A stretch of 64,000 bases of DNA from an uncultured Phycisphaerales bacterium (GCA_963758525.1 CAVWVQ010000003.1:3424001-3488000); one strand, 5' to 3'. Shown: positions 43,466 through 53,434, numbered from the stretch's first letter. Notes: a model not told the origin generated them from the sequence alone. Translations and numbers: made by a program.

Positions 43466-44232
43466 GGAAGGCTGTTAAGGTGACATCCATCTTTCTTGAC
43501 GATGCTCATCCGCTGAATATATCATGCGGCCAGGCCCCGCACTTCTCGAGCCGCGATCGGCGGTCTGGTTTACCACGTTCTCAATCGCGGCAACGGCCGG
43601 CTGGAGATCTTCCGCAAGCCGGGAGACTTCCTGGCGTTTTGCGATCTGATGGTCGACGCCAAGGAACGGGCCGAGGTCGAAGTGTTCGGCTTCTGTCTGA
43701 TGTCCAACCACTGGCACATGGTGGTGCGGCCGCGTCGGGATCAGGACCTGGCGAGGTACTTCTCCTGGCTGACCAATACGCACGTGAAGCGGTACCGTGC
43801 TCATTACCGTCGGACCAGCGGCCATCTGTATCAGGGCCGCTACAAGAGCTTCGTTGTCCAGGAAGATGGGCATTTGCTAACACTGCTGCGTTATGTGGAA
43901 GCCGATCCATTGCGGGCGAACATGGTGGAGCGGGCGCAGGACTGGCACTGGTCGAGCCTGGGCTGCCAGAAAGAGCTGGCGAGACAACTGCTCGACGATT
44001 GGCCGATCGACCGCCCGCGGAACTGGACGGCGCTGGTGAACGAGCCGATGGATCCGGCCGCCGTGAAACGGGTGGCACTTAGCTTCGAGCGTGGCCGGCC
44101 GCTGGGAAGCGATCCCTGGACCCTGAAAATGGCGGGCCGGATGGGGCTGCAGTACACTCTGAATCCGAGAGGCAGGCCGAAGATGCCGGAAAAAGGCAAA
44201 TAAAAACGGTGGATGTCACCTTAACAGCTTCC
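43466..44232 (+). mobile_element. Y1/HUH (RAYT-like) element 1 bounded by inverted repeats; ORF 43532-44203, start codon mutated to AGG
   Basis: Ends GCTGTTAAGGTGACATCCA / TGGATGTCACCTTAACAGC; YHVLNRGN, MSNHWH, QGRYKS, LRYVEADP. Confidence 0.88.
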
Positions 44233-44472
44233 CCTGACGCGCATTACGGCGATTGGACGGACGCGGATCCAAAAGTTTGCGATTGCATAACCAGTCAGGC
44301 TAAGCAGAAACAATTCAATAATAACGATAAAGCTGCGTACCGGCTCCTGGGAACGAATAGCAATTGGGCGTCGAAGTGCTACTTAAAGTCATGCTGTGGC
44401 CACGAGTTGGCATTGCCACCAGGGGCGGTCGGGGCGAATGACGGCACTCAATGCCCGAGCTGTGGTTGCTGA
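44233..44472 (+). pseudogene. 5'-truncated orphan toxin C-terminal domain
   Basis: Lower GC; Cys-rich; YRLLGTNSN motif; begins at the element right end. Confidence 0.55.
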
Positions 44473-44554
44473 AGATTGGCATCGCGATGTTTTCAAGTTT
44501 CGGTTGGTTCTGTCGTCTACTATAAACGGGTACGAGATAGTTGGAGATGCTGCT

Positions 44555-44890
44555 ATGCTACGCCACCTAATGGGATTGCTGAATGTCGGCGTAATTCTAT
44601 TTGCAGCAGATGCAGGGTGCTGTACTGTTAGCCCCAACCAAGACCAAATTGAGGCATGGGTTCGCACTGAACTGCCGCGGGGGAGTACTGATTCGGACGT
44701 GCGCGCGTTCTGTGTCCGGCATCATTTCTTCTATGATCACAACGTCATGGCCGACAAGACCGGAGTCGAGCTTCTGCGTCCGCTGAAAGGATGTGATAGC
44801 CAGAAGCCAATGGCCACGATAACGGTCACCTACGACGCCGACGGACGACTGGTCGAGGCGGTAACTAAAACATTTGGTCTGACATTTTAA
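44555..44890 (+). CDS. Putative immunity lipoprotein
   Basis: Hydrophobic leader followed by AGC; follows the toxin fragment; lower GC. Confidence 0.55.
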   Translation: MLRHLMGLLNVGVILFAADAGCCTVSPNQDQIEAWVRTELPRGSTDSDVRAFCVRHHFFYDHNVMADKTGVELLRPLKGCDSQKPMATITVTYDADGRLVEAVTKTFGLTF

Positions 44891-44928
44891 GAGGTCATGA
44901 GCGGGATGCAGCTGGTTTTGGAGAAACA

Positions 44929-46689
44929 GAAGCTGTTAAGGTGACATCCATCTTTGATTGACAGACTTTTTGCCGGAGTTATGATCCAACTATGCCCCGC
45001 ACGTCCCGCGCAGCTGTCGGCGGGTCTTGTCTACCACGTTCTCAATCGCGGCAACGGCCGGCTGGAGATCTTCCGCAAGCCGGGAGACTTCCTGGCGTTT
45101 TGCGATCTGATGGTCGACGCCAAGGAACGGGCCGAGATCGAAGTCTTCGGCTTCTGCCTGATGTCCAACCACTGGCACATGGTGGTGCGGCCGCGTCGGG
45201 ATCAGGACCTGGCGAGGTACTTCTCCTGGCTGACCAATACGCACGTGAAGCGGTACCGTGCTCATTATCGGCGGACCAGCGGCCATCTCTATCAGGGTCG
45301 CTAGGCTCTGTCTGACGGATCGAATGTTCGGCGCTCGTTAGGTATTGCGCGTTCTTCTATGATCGTCATGATGTTCTCCACATGGAGGACAGATGGCGCA
45401 CTACGAACTCACGGATGATCACTGGAACCTGATCAAGGCACTTTTCCCCGTACAAAAACGTGGCGGACGATGGAACGACCACCGCATCACGCTCAATGGG
45501 ATGCTCTGGATTCTTCGCTCCGGAGCTCCATGGCGAGACATGCCCGAACGCTACGGGAAATGGAAGAGCGTCTATGATCGCTTCAACCGCTGGCGGCGCG
45601 AAGGCTTCTTCGATCGCATCCTCAAAGCACTGCGGATTCGACTCAACAAGGAGGGCAAGATCGATTGGGATCTCTGGCTCGTCGACGGCTCCAATGTGCG
45701 TGCTTCTCGCGCTGCCGCCGGGCGCGCAAAAGGGGGCGCGGCCTCGACTTCGAACCGGCCGACCACGCGCTGGGCCGCTCGCGCGGCGGATGGGGATCAA
45801 AGTTCCACGTGGTTACTGACGGAAAGGGCCTTGTGCTCGCCGTCACCGTTACCGCGGGGCAAACGCACGAATCCACGCAGCTCCACAAGGTGATGCACGC
45901 GGTGCAGCACCCCTGCACATCGGCTGGCCGGGGAAGATCGCGGGCGACAAAGGGTACAGCTACGAAACCGTTCGCCAGTTCCTGGCCGATTGCGGGATCG
46001 AAGCCGTCATCCCGCGCAAATCCAATCAGCCACGACCAAAGGGCGAGCGATTCGATAAAAGCAGCTACCGCAAACGAAGCCGCATCGAGTGTGCTATCGG
46101 ATGGCTCAAGGAATGTCGTCGGCTGGGAACACGCTATGAGAAGCTGGCTCTTAACTTCTTGAGCTTCGCCAAACTCGCTATCATGCTGAAATACCTGAGG
46201 GTTCTCGATCCGTCAGACAGAGCCTACAAGAGCTTCGTTGTCCGGGAAGATGGGCATTTGCTGACACTGCTGCGTTATGTGGAAGCCAATCCATTGCGGG
46301 CGAAGATGGTGGAGCGGGCGCAGGACTGGCACTGGTCGAGCCTGGGCTGCCAGAAAGAGCTGGCGAGACAACTGCTCGGCGATTGGCCGATCGACCGCCC
46401 GCAGAACTGGACGGCGCTGGTGAACGAGCCGATGGATCCGGCCGCCGTGAAACGGGTGGCACTTAGCTTCGAGCGTGGCCGGCCGCTGGGAAGCGATCCC
46501 TGGACCCTGAAAATGGCGGGCCGGATGGCGCTGCAGTACACTCTGAATCCGAGAGGCAGGCCGAAGATGCCGGAAAAAGGCAAATAAAAACGGTGAATGT
46601 CACCTTAACAGCTTCCTGAATCCGAGAGGCAGGCCGAAGATGCCGGAAAAAGGCAAATAAAAACGGTGAATGTCACCTTAACAGCTTCC
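44929..46689 (+). mobile_element. Y1/HUH element 2, interrupted by IS5, with a duplicated right end
   Basis: Left end GAAGCTGTTAAGGTGACATCCA; near-identical to element 1; right end repeated with a 73-bp period. Confidence 0.88.
45304..46224 (+). mobile_element. IS5-family (IS427-like) insertion sequence, 921 bp
   Basis: Perfect 20-bp TIR GGCTCTGTCTGACGGATCGA; TA duplication; WILRSGAPWRDMPERYG; likely slippery AAAAGGGGG at ~45728; DKGY; RYEK. Confidence 0.95.
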
Positions 46690-46697
46690 CCACGCTC

Positions 46698-49600
46698 GTG
46701 GCGAAGTACGGGTACGACGGCCGGGGCTTCCGCATCGTCAAGAAAACCTACACGTCTGGCACGCTCTCCGAAACCCGTGATTTCTACTTCACCAGCAACT
46801 GGCAGAGCATCGAAGAGCGGGTCGGCGGAAGTATGGTCGATCAGCACGTCTGGGGCGTCCGTTTCATTGATGAACTGGTCTGCCGCGACGATGCTACGCC
46901 CCAACGCCTCTACGCCATGCAGGATGCCAACTTCAATCTGACGTGCATCAGCGATGCCAGCGGCATTGTCGTCGAACGATACGTATTTGATCCGTACGCA
47001 AAGCGTGCTATTTTGAGCAGCTCGTGGGGCCTCATCTACACAAGCAGCTATGGATGGGTGGTAGGATTTCAAGGACTCAACTACGATAATTTTAGCAACG
47101 CGATATACGCAAGAAATCGATATCTTCACCAGCTAGGACTTTGGCTGAGCCGGGATCCTCTGAAATCTTCAATGGAGCGTAATTTATATCAGTATATCAA
47201 CAGTAATCCGTTGAAATACGTTGACCCAATAGGGCTACAAGCTGGTCCAACAAAACAGCCGACGACACGGCCATCGCTCATTCCGCCACAACATGTTCCG
47301 GCGGAGGACGACCCCAAATGCGGCGTCACTCTTAATCAAAGGAAAGAAATCGGCGGACACGAATGGATCGGTATCGATTTGGGTGTTCCAGGCCAGTTGC
47401 CTCTCGGTGCGGGATTTTGGCCCTCCGGTTGGCAAACGTGGGAACCAGCACGCAAAACTCAATCCGTAATTGGAACCGAGCAAGGGGAATATTCGAAGGC
47501 CGGCGATCCCCAAACAGGCTGGGGAGACCCATACGCGGGATCCACCCATTTGACTCGCAGCCGCGCACATCAGACGCTGACCTACGCAGTGAACGTGAGC
47601 ACCGGAGACGTCGGAAACGCCTTGATTGGAAACACCTGGTACGACCCCTCGGGAAATGTTCTGCAGAGCATCGGCGAGGGAGCCGGCAAAGTCTTCACCA
47701 AGCAAACCTACAACGGCGTCGGCTGGGTGATGTCCAGCTACCGCGGTTACAACACGTCGGGCGTCAGCTACTCGCAAGCGACGACCGTGTCCGGCGATAT
47801 CATCGTCGAGCAGAAGGACAACACATACGACGAAGCGGGGAATATCGTCGGTTCCGCAATGAGTCAGCGGCTCAACGACGCGCCTGCCAGCGGAACGGGA
47901 AGCACGGGCGCACTGTCGTACAGCAGCGATCCCAAGGCCCGCGTCTCGTACACGGCAAGCTGGTTCGACGGAGTTGATCGGGGAATCGCGAGTGCCAACT
48001 ATGGCGCAATCGCGAGTTTCACCCGGCCCAGTACACCGCCTTCGTCTTCGGCGTCCGTTCTTGTCACTTCAACCGCGTACGATGATGCCAGCCGGCCCTA
48101 CCAGGCGACCGACCCGATGGGCGTCCTGAACCAGACCGGCTTCGACAACGCCAATCGAACGACGCAGACAACCGAGGACCTCGGCGGGCTCGCACGCACC
48201 ACGAACTTCACGTACACGTTAGATAACCTGATCCGGACGATGACAGCGGTGAACTCCAGCACCGGCGACCAGACCACAACCTGGGTGTACGGCACGACAC
48301 TGGCAAATTCCGGCGTCGCCCGCAACGATCTGCTCCGAGCGACGATTTATCCCAACACCGATCTTTCGTGGGCGACACTGACCGCCGATCAGTGGACGAG
48401 CCTCACCGCCGCTCAGTGGGCCTCCCTACGGGCATATCCAGTGGATACGACATTCGCGAACTACAATCGACTCGGCGAGCAGACGACCTTCACCGATCAG
48501 CGGAGAGCTGTCCGGACCTTCACGCGCAACGCGCTTGGCCGGCAGACCGATGATGGCGTCACCACGGTCGGCGCGAATACCGACAGCGCGGTGTTGCGGA
48601 TCAGTCGCGCGTACGAAATTCGCGGCTTGGTCTCGATGATCACCAGCGCCGATAACGCCACGCCCGGCGCTGGCACGATCCTCAATCAGTTCAAACTTAC
48701 GTACAACGATTTCAGCCAGCTCAGCAAAGATGACCAGGAACATTCCGGCGCAGTCGGCAGTTCAACACCGAGTGTGCAATACGGCTACGACTCCGGCGCT
48801 TCGAGCTCGAATCAGGTTCGATTGAATCGCTTGACTTACCCGAACGCCCGCCAGATCACCTATAGCTTCGGAACCTCTGGCGGCATGAGCGACTACCTGG
48901 GCCGAGTGGAGGACATCATCGACACCACCAGCGGAAGCACGACGCTGGCGCAATATCTGTACGTTGGCGCAGGCAAGGTCATCCGAATCACCTACCCCGA
49001 GCCCGGCGTCTGGCTGGATTTGTGGGGTGGAACCTCGGGAACTTTCGCCGGAATCGATCTCTTCGGAAGAATCATCGACCAGCGCTGGCAGAACAACATC
49101 GCCAGCACGCCAGGCGATATCGACCGCTACAAATACGGCTACGACCAGAACTCCAATCGTCTCTGGAAAGCCAACGTCGTCGGCACCGCCGCCATGACCG
49201 CGGGACTCGACGAGTTCTACGTGTACGACCCTCTGAATCGCCTTACCGAAATGCAGCGGGGTGTACTCAACGGCACCCAAACGGGCATCACGGGAACGCC
49301 AAGCATCGAGCAGGACTGGACACTCGATCCCACCGGCAACTGGGCCAACTTCACGACCAAGGCCAGCGGAACGACGGATCTCGATCAAACCCGCACTGCG
49401 AACACTGTCAACGAGATCACCAACATTACAGAAAGCACCGGCCCGACCTGGGTCGTCCCGGCATACGATGCGGCGGGTAATACAATAACGATGCCGCAGC
49501 CGGCGAGTCCGACGAACAGCTTTGCCGCCGCATACGATGCATGGAACCGGATGGTCAGCATCAATGATTCAGCAAATCCGGTCGGTAAGTATCAGTATGA

Positions 49601-50759
49601 CGGCCGGAACTTCCGGATCGTGAAGAAAACATATACCTCGGGCGTGCTCTCGGAAACTCGCGATTTCTACTTCACGAGCAACTGGCAGGATATCGAAGAG
49701 CAAGTCGGCGGAAGCATGGTCGATCAGTACGTTTGGGGGATTCGCTATATCGACGAACTGGTCTGCCGCGATGATGCCACGCCGCAACGGCTATACGGCA
49801 CACAAGACGCAAACTTTAATCTAACGACCGTTACCGACAGCACCGGGACCGTAATTGAACGTTATCTATTTGATCCGTACGGCGTTCGAACGGTCATGAA
49901 TGCTTCATGGAGTATTTCGGGCTTCAGTAGCCATGCATGGCGCATAGGATTTCAGGGCTGGTACGAAGACGCAGAGAGCGCCCTGCAAAATGATCGAAAT
50001 CGTGTGCTCAGCGCGCTCATCGGTTCATGGCTGCAGCGAGACGACCGATACCGCCAAAACGCAAGCCTTTACTCTCTTGAGGGGAACTCCCCCATCGGCC
50101 GGCGAGACCCAACCGGCCGCGACTACTATTCCGACTCGGGCTTTGCGGGCCAGATTTCCCGCGACGAGTTTAACGAGCTGCGCGCGATCATCGAGAAGCA
50201 AACTGGCGAGGCGCATGGTTACGGGAGCGGCGTCGATACCGTAAGTGCCCTGTATGCTACGCAAGCTTTAGGATGGGACGTCAGCAAGCTCTCAGCCGCA
50301 CAGATATTTAAGTTCTTTCGGGAAGAACTGTCGGTACAGGCTGCTATGAACAACGCGTGGAACAAGAGCCTCGCAAACGATCCGGCGATACTTTGCTACC
50401 TCAATTGCAAGAAGAAGTCACTCGCGGGAGCGGCTGGAGTTGGAGGCCTCGGTGGTGCGCTTCCGAATCTTCCCTATTTCCCCAAGGTGTTGTCGTACCC
50501 ATTCCTGGATCCAGGTTCCTACGCCGACTATTTGAAGGGAGGGCCGATTGGAACATTACGCACTGCCGTAGCGGCAGTCGCCGAGCAGTTTGGGTTCGAT
50601 GGCGTATATGAGTCGCTGATGGCCGGACGCGGTCTCGCTCTTGTGCGCGGTGGGACGAGTCCGTTCCTCGCGTATGGCGGTGCGGGTGCAATCGAGGGAG
50701 CACTCCTCCTTGTCACATCGCTGTCGATATACTGCTCCCTCAAATGCCGCTGCAAATGA
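46698..50759 (+). CDS. Chimeric, 5'-truncated RHS/YD-repeat polymorphic toxin ORF with two RHS core ends
   Basis: YD repeats; DPIG at 47223 and DPTG at 50106; 295-bp core block repeated at 46704-46998 and 49587-49881. Confidence 0.9.
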   Translation: MAKYGYDGRGFRIVKKTYTSGTLSETRDFYFTSNWQSIEERVGGSMVDQHVWGVRFIDELVCRDDATPQRLYAMQDANFNLTCISDASGIVVERYVFDPYAKRAILSSSWGLIYTSSYGWVVGFQGLNYDNFSNAIYARNRYLHQLGLWLSRDPLKSSMERNLYQYINSNPLKYVDPIGLQAGPTKQPTTRPSLIPPQHVPAEDDPKCGVTLNQRKEIGGHEWIGIDLGVPGQLPLGAGFWPSGWQTWEPARKTQSVIGTEQGEYSKAGDPQTGWGDPYAGSTHLTRSRAHQTLTYAVNVSTGDVGNALIGNTWYDPSGNVLQSIGEGAGKVFTKQTYNGVGWVMSSYRGYNTSGVSYSQATTVSGDIIVEQKDNTYDEAGNIVGSAMSQRLNDAPASGTGSTGALSYSSDPKARVSYTASWFDGVDRGIASANYGAIASFTRPSTPPSSSASVLVTSTAYDDASRPYQATDPMGVLNQTGFDNANRTTQTTEDLGGLARTTNFTYTLDNLIRTMTAVNSSTGDQTTTWVYGTTLANSGVARNDLLRATIYPNTDLSWATLTADQWTSLTAAQWASLRAYPVDTTFANYNRLGEQTTFTDQRRAVRTFTRNALGRQTDDGVTTVGANTDSAVLRISRAYEIRGLVSMITSADNATPGAGTILNQFKLTYNDFSQLSKDDQEHSGAVGSSTPSVQYGYDSGASSSNQVRLNRLTYPNARQITYSFGTSGGMSDYLGRVEDIIDTTSGSTTLAQYLYVGAGKVIRITYPEPGVWLDLWGGTSGTFAGIDLFGRIIDQRWQNNIASTPGDIDRYKYGYDQNSNRLWKANVVGTAAMTAGLDEFYVYDPLNRLTEMQRGVLNGTQTGITGTPSIEQDWTLDPTGNWANFTTKASGTTDLDQTRTANTVNEITNITESTGPTWVVPAYDAAGNTITMPQPASPTNSFAAAYDAWNRMVSINDSANPVGKYQYDGRNFRIVKKTYTSGVLSETRDFYFTSNWQDIEEQVGGSMVDQYVWGIRYIDELVCRDDATPQRLYGTQDANFNLTTVTDSTGTVIERYLFDPYGVRTVMNASWSISGFSSHAWRIGFQGWYEDAESALQNDRNRVLSALIGSWLQRDDRYRQNASLYSLEGNSPIGRRDPTGRDYYSDSGFAGQISRDEFNELRAIIEKQTGEAHGYGSGVDTVSALYATQALGWDVSKLSAAQIFKFFREELSVQAAMNNAWNKSLANDPAILCYLNCKKKSLAGAAGVGGLGGALPNLPYFPKVLSYPFLDPGSYADYLKGGPIGTLRTAVAAVAEQFGFDGVYESLMAGRGLALVRGGTSPFLAYGGAGAIEGALLLVTSLSIYCSLKCRCK

Positions 50760-50806
50760 TCGGCGCCGTGAAACCGCCGACGTGCTTTGGCTCGAAGGGT
50801 CCGGTG

Positions 50807-51064
50807 ATGGGAATTGAGCACATTGACATGGCACGAAGACTGGAGAGCCGGCTCGCGGTGTCGCGTCGCGAGATTTGGGCCGACCCTCCGCCGAGGACCT
50901 TTGGCGAACTCTATTCAAATCTACGTCGATTGCCACAACTGGCGTCGGTGCCAGATGAATTATTATGGGAGGCGATCATCCAATCACTGCGCGGCACCGT
51001 GCATCCTCTGATTCCTCACATAGACGAGAATACAGAAATTGACGATATTCTCTCAGGACTATAA
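50807..51064 (+). CDS. Putative immunity protein
   Basis: Small, lower-GC ORF directly after the RHS C-terminus. Confidence 0.5.
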   Translation: MGIEHIDMARRLESRLAVSRREIWADPPPRTFGELYSNLRRLPQLASVPDELLWEAIIQSLRGTVHPLIPHIDENTEIDDILSGL

Positions 51065-51147
51065 CACTACGAAACCTGGGTGAGGAAAGACTGCTATGGA
51101 TGAAAACTTCTAATGGGACGTCCCGTTAGAAGTTCTGCCGCCGAAAG

Positions 51148-51390
51148 ATGGGAAGCGGCGCTTGGGATCCGGTAGAGCAGGCCTCGTATGCCTATTACGG
51201 CGCTTCGGACGCCAATGGCAACGTCAACGATCTTCAGTCCGCCTCCCGCCAGCTTCCCGATGGCTCGGGCGGGTGGAACACCGTCGCGGTGGAGTATGAC
51301 CGCTATTACCTGACCACCGCGGGCACCGGCATCGTTCACGGCCTGAAGATGCACTTCGGCACCGCAAAAGAATTGGACCCGTCCCGTTAG
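51148..51390 (+). pseudogene. Orphan internal RHS fragment
   Basis: QASYAYYGASDANGNVNDLQSA...YDRYY...HGLKM. Confidence 0.55.
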
Positions 51391-51700
51391 GCGATTCCGA
51401 ATACGTAAAATTCTGTAAAGTTGTGTAAACCGAACCGCTGATTCCGAGCGACAAACAAGGGTTGACCGCCCGGCGGTCACTGGCGTTGTCCCGGATTGTA
51501 AAGCGGGCTGTTTGCTATGATCCCCTTTCCTAACCCCGGCGGTCCGCCGGCGGGGCGGGATGACGGTGACCCCGGAACATAGGGAGTGAATCTACCCGCA
51601 GACCGCTTGGCGACGGTTGTGAAAAAAACGTCTCGCTATGCTGGCCTGCGGGCAAGTGGTTCTTCTTGACCTCCCAATCGGCGCACATTACGGTTTGATC

Positions 51701-51949
51701 ATGACGATCGAGCAGATCCGCAGGATGCACCAGGCCAAGCCATTCCATCCGTTCGATGTGAACATGGCGGACGGTCGGTCTCTGCCGGTGATGCATCCGG
51801 AGTTCCTGGCGCTGACGCCGCCGGGTCGGACCATTGGTATTGGGCTAGCCGACGGGACCATTGAGATCGTTGACTTGCTTCTGGTGACGAGTTTGAAGCC
51901 GCGGTCGAACGCCCGGCCGCGCGGAAGACGTAACGGGGGCACCAATTGA
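51701..51949 (+). CDS. Small hypothetical protein
   Basis: MTIEQIRRMHQAKPFHPF..MADGRSLPVMHPE. Confidence 0.7.
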   Translation: MTIEQIRRMHQAKPFHPFDVNMADGRSLPVMHPEFLALTPPGRTIGIGLADGTIEIVDLLLVTSLKPRSNARPRGRRNGGTN

Positions 51950-52086
51950 CGAATAAACGCGGAGGAATTCCGCTTCGTGAAGATTCGTGCGAAAATCGTG
52001 TCCATTCGTGTTCCGCATTTGTCCGTCACTTCGGACCGGGCCGAATTGCGTCAGCGATTCGAGCGAAAGCACGAGAGCACGCCAGG

Positions 52087-53391
52087 CTACCCAATCTTCT
52101 CCCGCCCGCCCATGTAGGTTCGCAGCGCTTCGGGAATCGTCACCGTTCCATCGGCGTTCTGATAGTTCTCCAATATTGGAATGAGGATCCGCGGGCTGGC
52201 GACCACCGTGTTGTTCAGCGTGTGGCAGAAACGGATTTTTCCGTCCGAGCCTTTGTAGCGAAGACCCAAACGGCGCGCCTGGAACTCGTAGAGGCGCGAG
52301 GCGGAGTGCGTTTCGCCGTACCCGCTCCCGGGGTGCTTGGGATCCTGGCGGCTGGGCATCCAGGTTTCGATGTCCATCATCGAGGCATTCTTGACGCCGA
52401 TGTCTCCCGTGCAGCATTGAATGACGCGATAGGGAAGATTCAGCCGTTTGAGCACCTCCTCGCTGTACGAGAGCATCTCCAGGTGCCATCGGCGGCTCTC
52501 CTGGACATCGTTGCGGCAGATGACCACCTGCTCGCACTTGTCGAATTGGTGAACGCGATACAAGCCGGCGGTGTCCTTGCCGTAGGTGCCCGCCTCGCGG
52601 CGGAAGCAGGTGCTGACAGACGTGTATTTGAGCGGCAGATCGGCCTCGCTCAGCGTGACCTTGTCCCCGTCCGGCATCTCATAGGCGGTGAGCCCCACTT
52701 CGGCGGTGCCAGTGAGAAACAGATTGTCGTCGCCCACGTGATAGGTCTGCTCGCGGCCCGCCGGGAAAAATCCGGTGCCGCGCATCGCATCCTCGCGCAC
52801 GAGCACCGGCACGGACATCGGCACGAAGCCCTTCTCGCGCACCATCATGTCCATCGCCAGCCGAAGCACGGCCCAATGCAACTCAGCTCCCTGCCCCTTG
52901 AGAAAATACGACCGCGTCCCGGCGATGCGCACGCCCGCGGCAAAGTCGATGATGTCGAGCTTCTCCCCAAGCTCCAGGTGATTCAGCGGCTTGAATTCAA
53001 ACTTCCGCGGCTGGCCCCAGTGATAGAGCACGACGTTCTGCGTTGCATCCTTCCCGACCGGCACGTCGTCGTCGGGCGGCTGGGGAACCTGCAGCAACAG
53101 CGGAAGCAGCGCCGCCTCCATGGCCTTGGCGCGCTCCTCGGCCAGCTTCACCAGCGACTTGATCTCGCCGACGCGGGCGATCGCCGCCTGCTTCGACGCC
53201 GCGTCCTTCAGTTGGGAAATTTGCTTGCTGGCCTCGTTCTGCTCGGCCCGGGCTTTTTCGAATTCCTTCTGCGCTTCGAGCCGATCGGCTTCAAAGCGCA
53301 GAATCTCATCGATCTCGACCTTCACACCCTTCAACTCCGCCCCGCGGCGGTATTTGTCAGGGTTTTCCCGTAAGTCTTTCAAATCCACCAT
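52087..53391 (-). CDS. serS: Serine--tRNA ligase
   Basis: LTGTAEV, CFRREAG, GLYRVHQF.K.E, ETHSAS, HTLNNT. Confidence 0.97.
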   Translation of the reverse strand: MVDLKDLRENPDKYRRGAELKGVKVEIDEILRFEADRLEAQKEFEKARAEQNEASKQISQLKDAASKQAAIARVGEIKSLVKLAEERAKAMEAALLPLLLQVPQPPDDDVPVGKDATQNVVLYHWGQPRKFEFKPLNHLELGEKLDIIDFAAGVRIAGTRSYFLKGQGAELHWAVLRLAMDMMVREKGFVPMSVPVLVREDAMRGTGFFPAGREQTYHVGDDNLFLTGTAEVGLTAYEMPDGDKVTLSEADLPLKYTSVSTCFRREAGTYGKDTAGLYRVHQFDKCEQVVICRNDVQESRRWHLEMLSYSEEVLKRLNLPYRVIQCCTGDIGVKNASMMDIETWMPSRQDPKHPGSGYGETHSASRLYEFQARRLGLRYKGSDGKIRFCHTLNNTVVASPRILIPILENYQNADGTVTIPEALRTYMGGREKIG

Positions 53392-53434
53392 TGTGCTTCC
53401 TCAACAGAGCTCCAGCAGGGCCAAGCCGAAAACT

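Noticed and set aside
51400..51700. tRNA or known ncRNA at the island border
   Set aside because: Hairpins are present, but I see no cloverleaf, T-loop or recognisable riboswitch motif.
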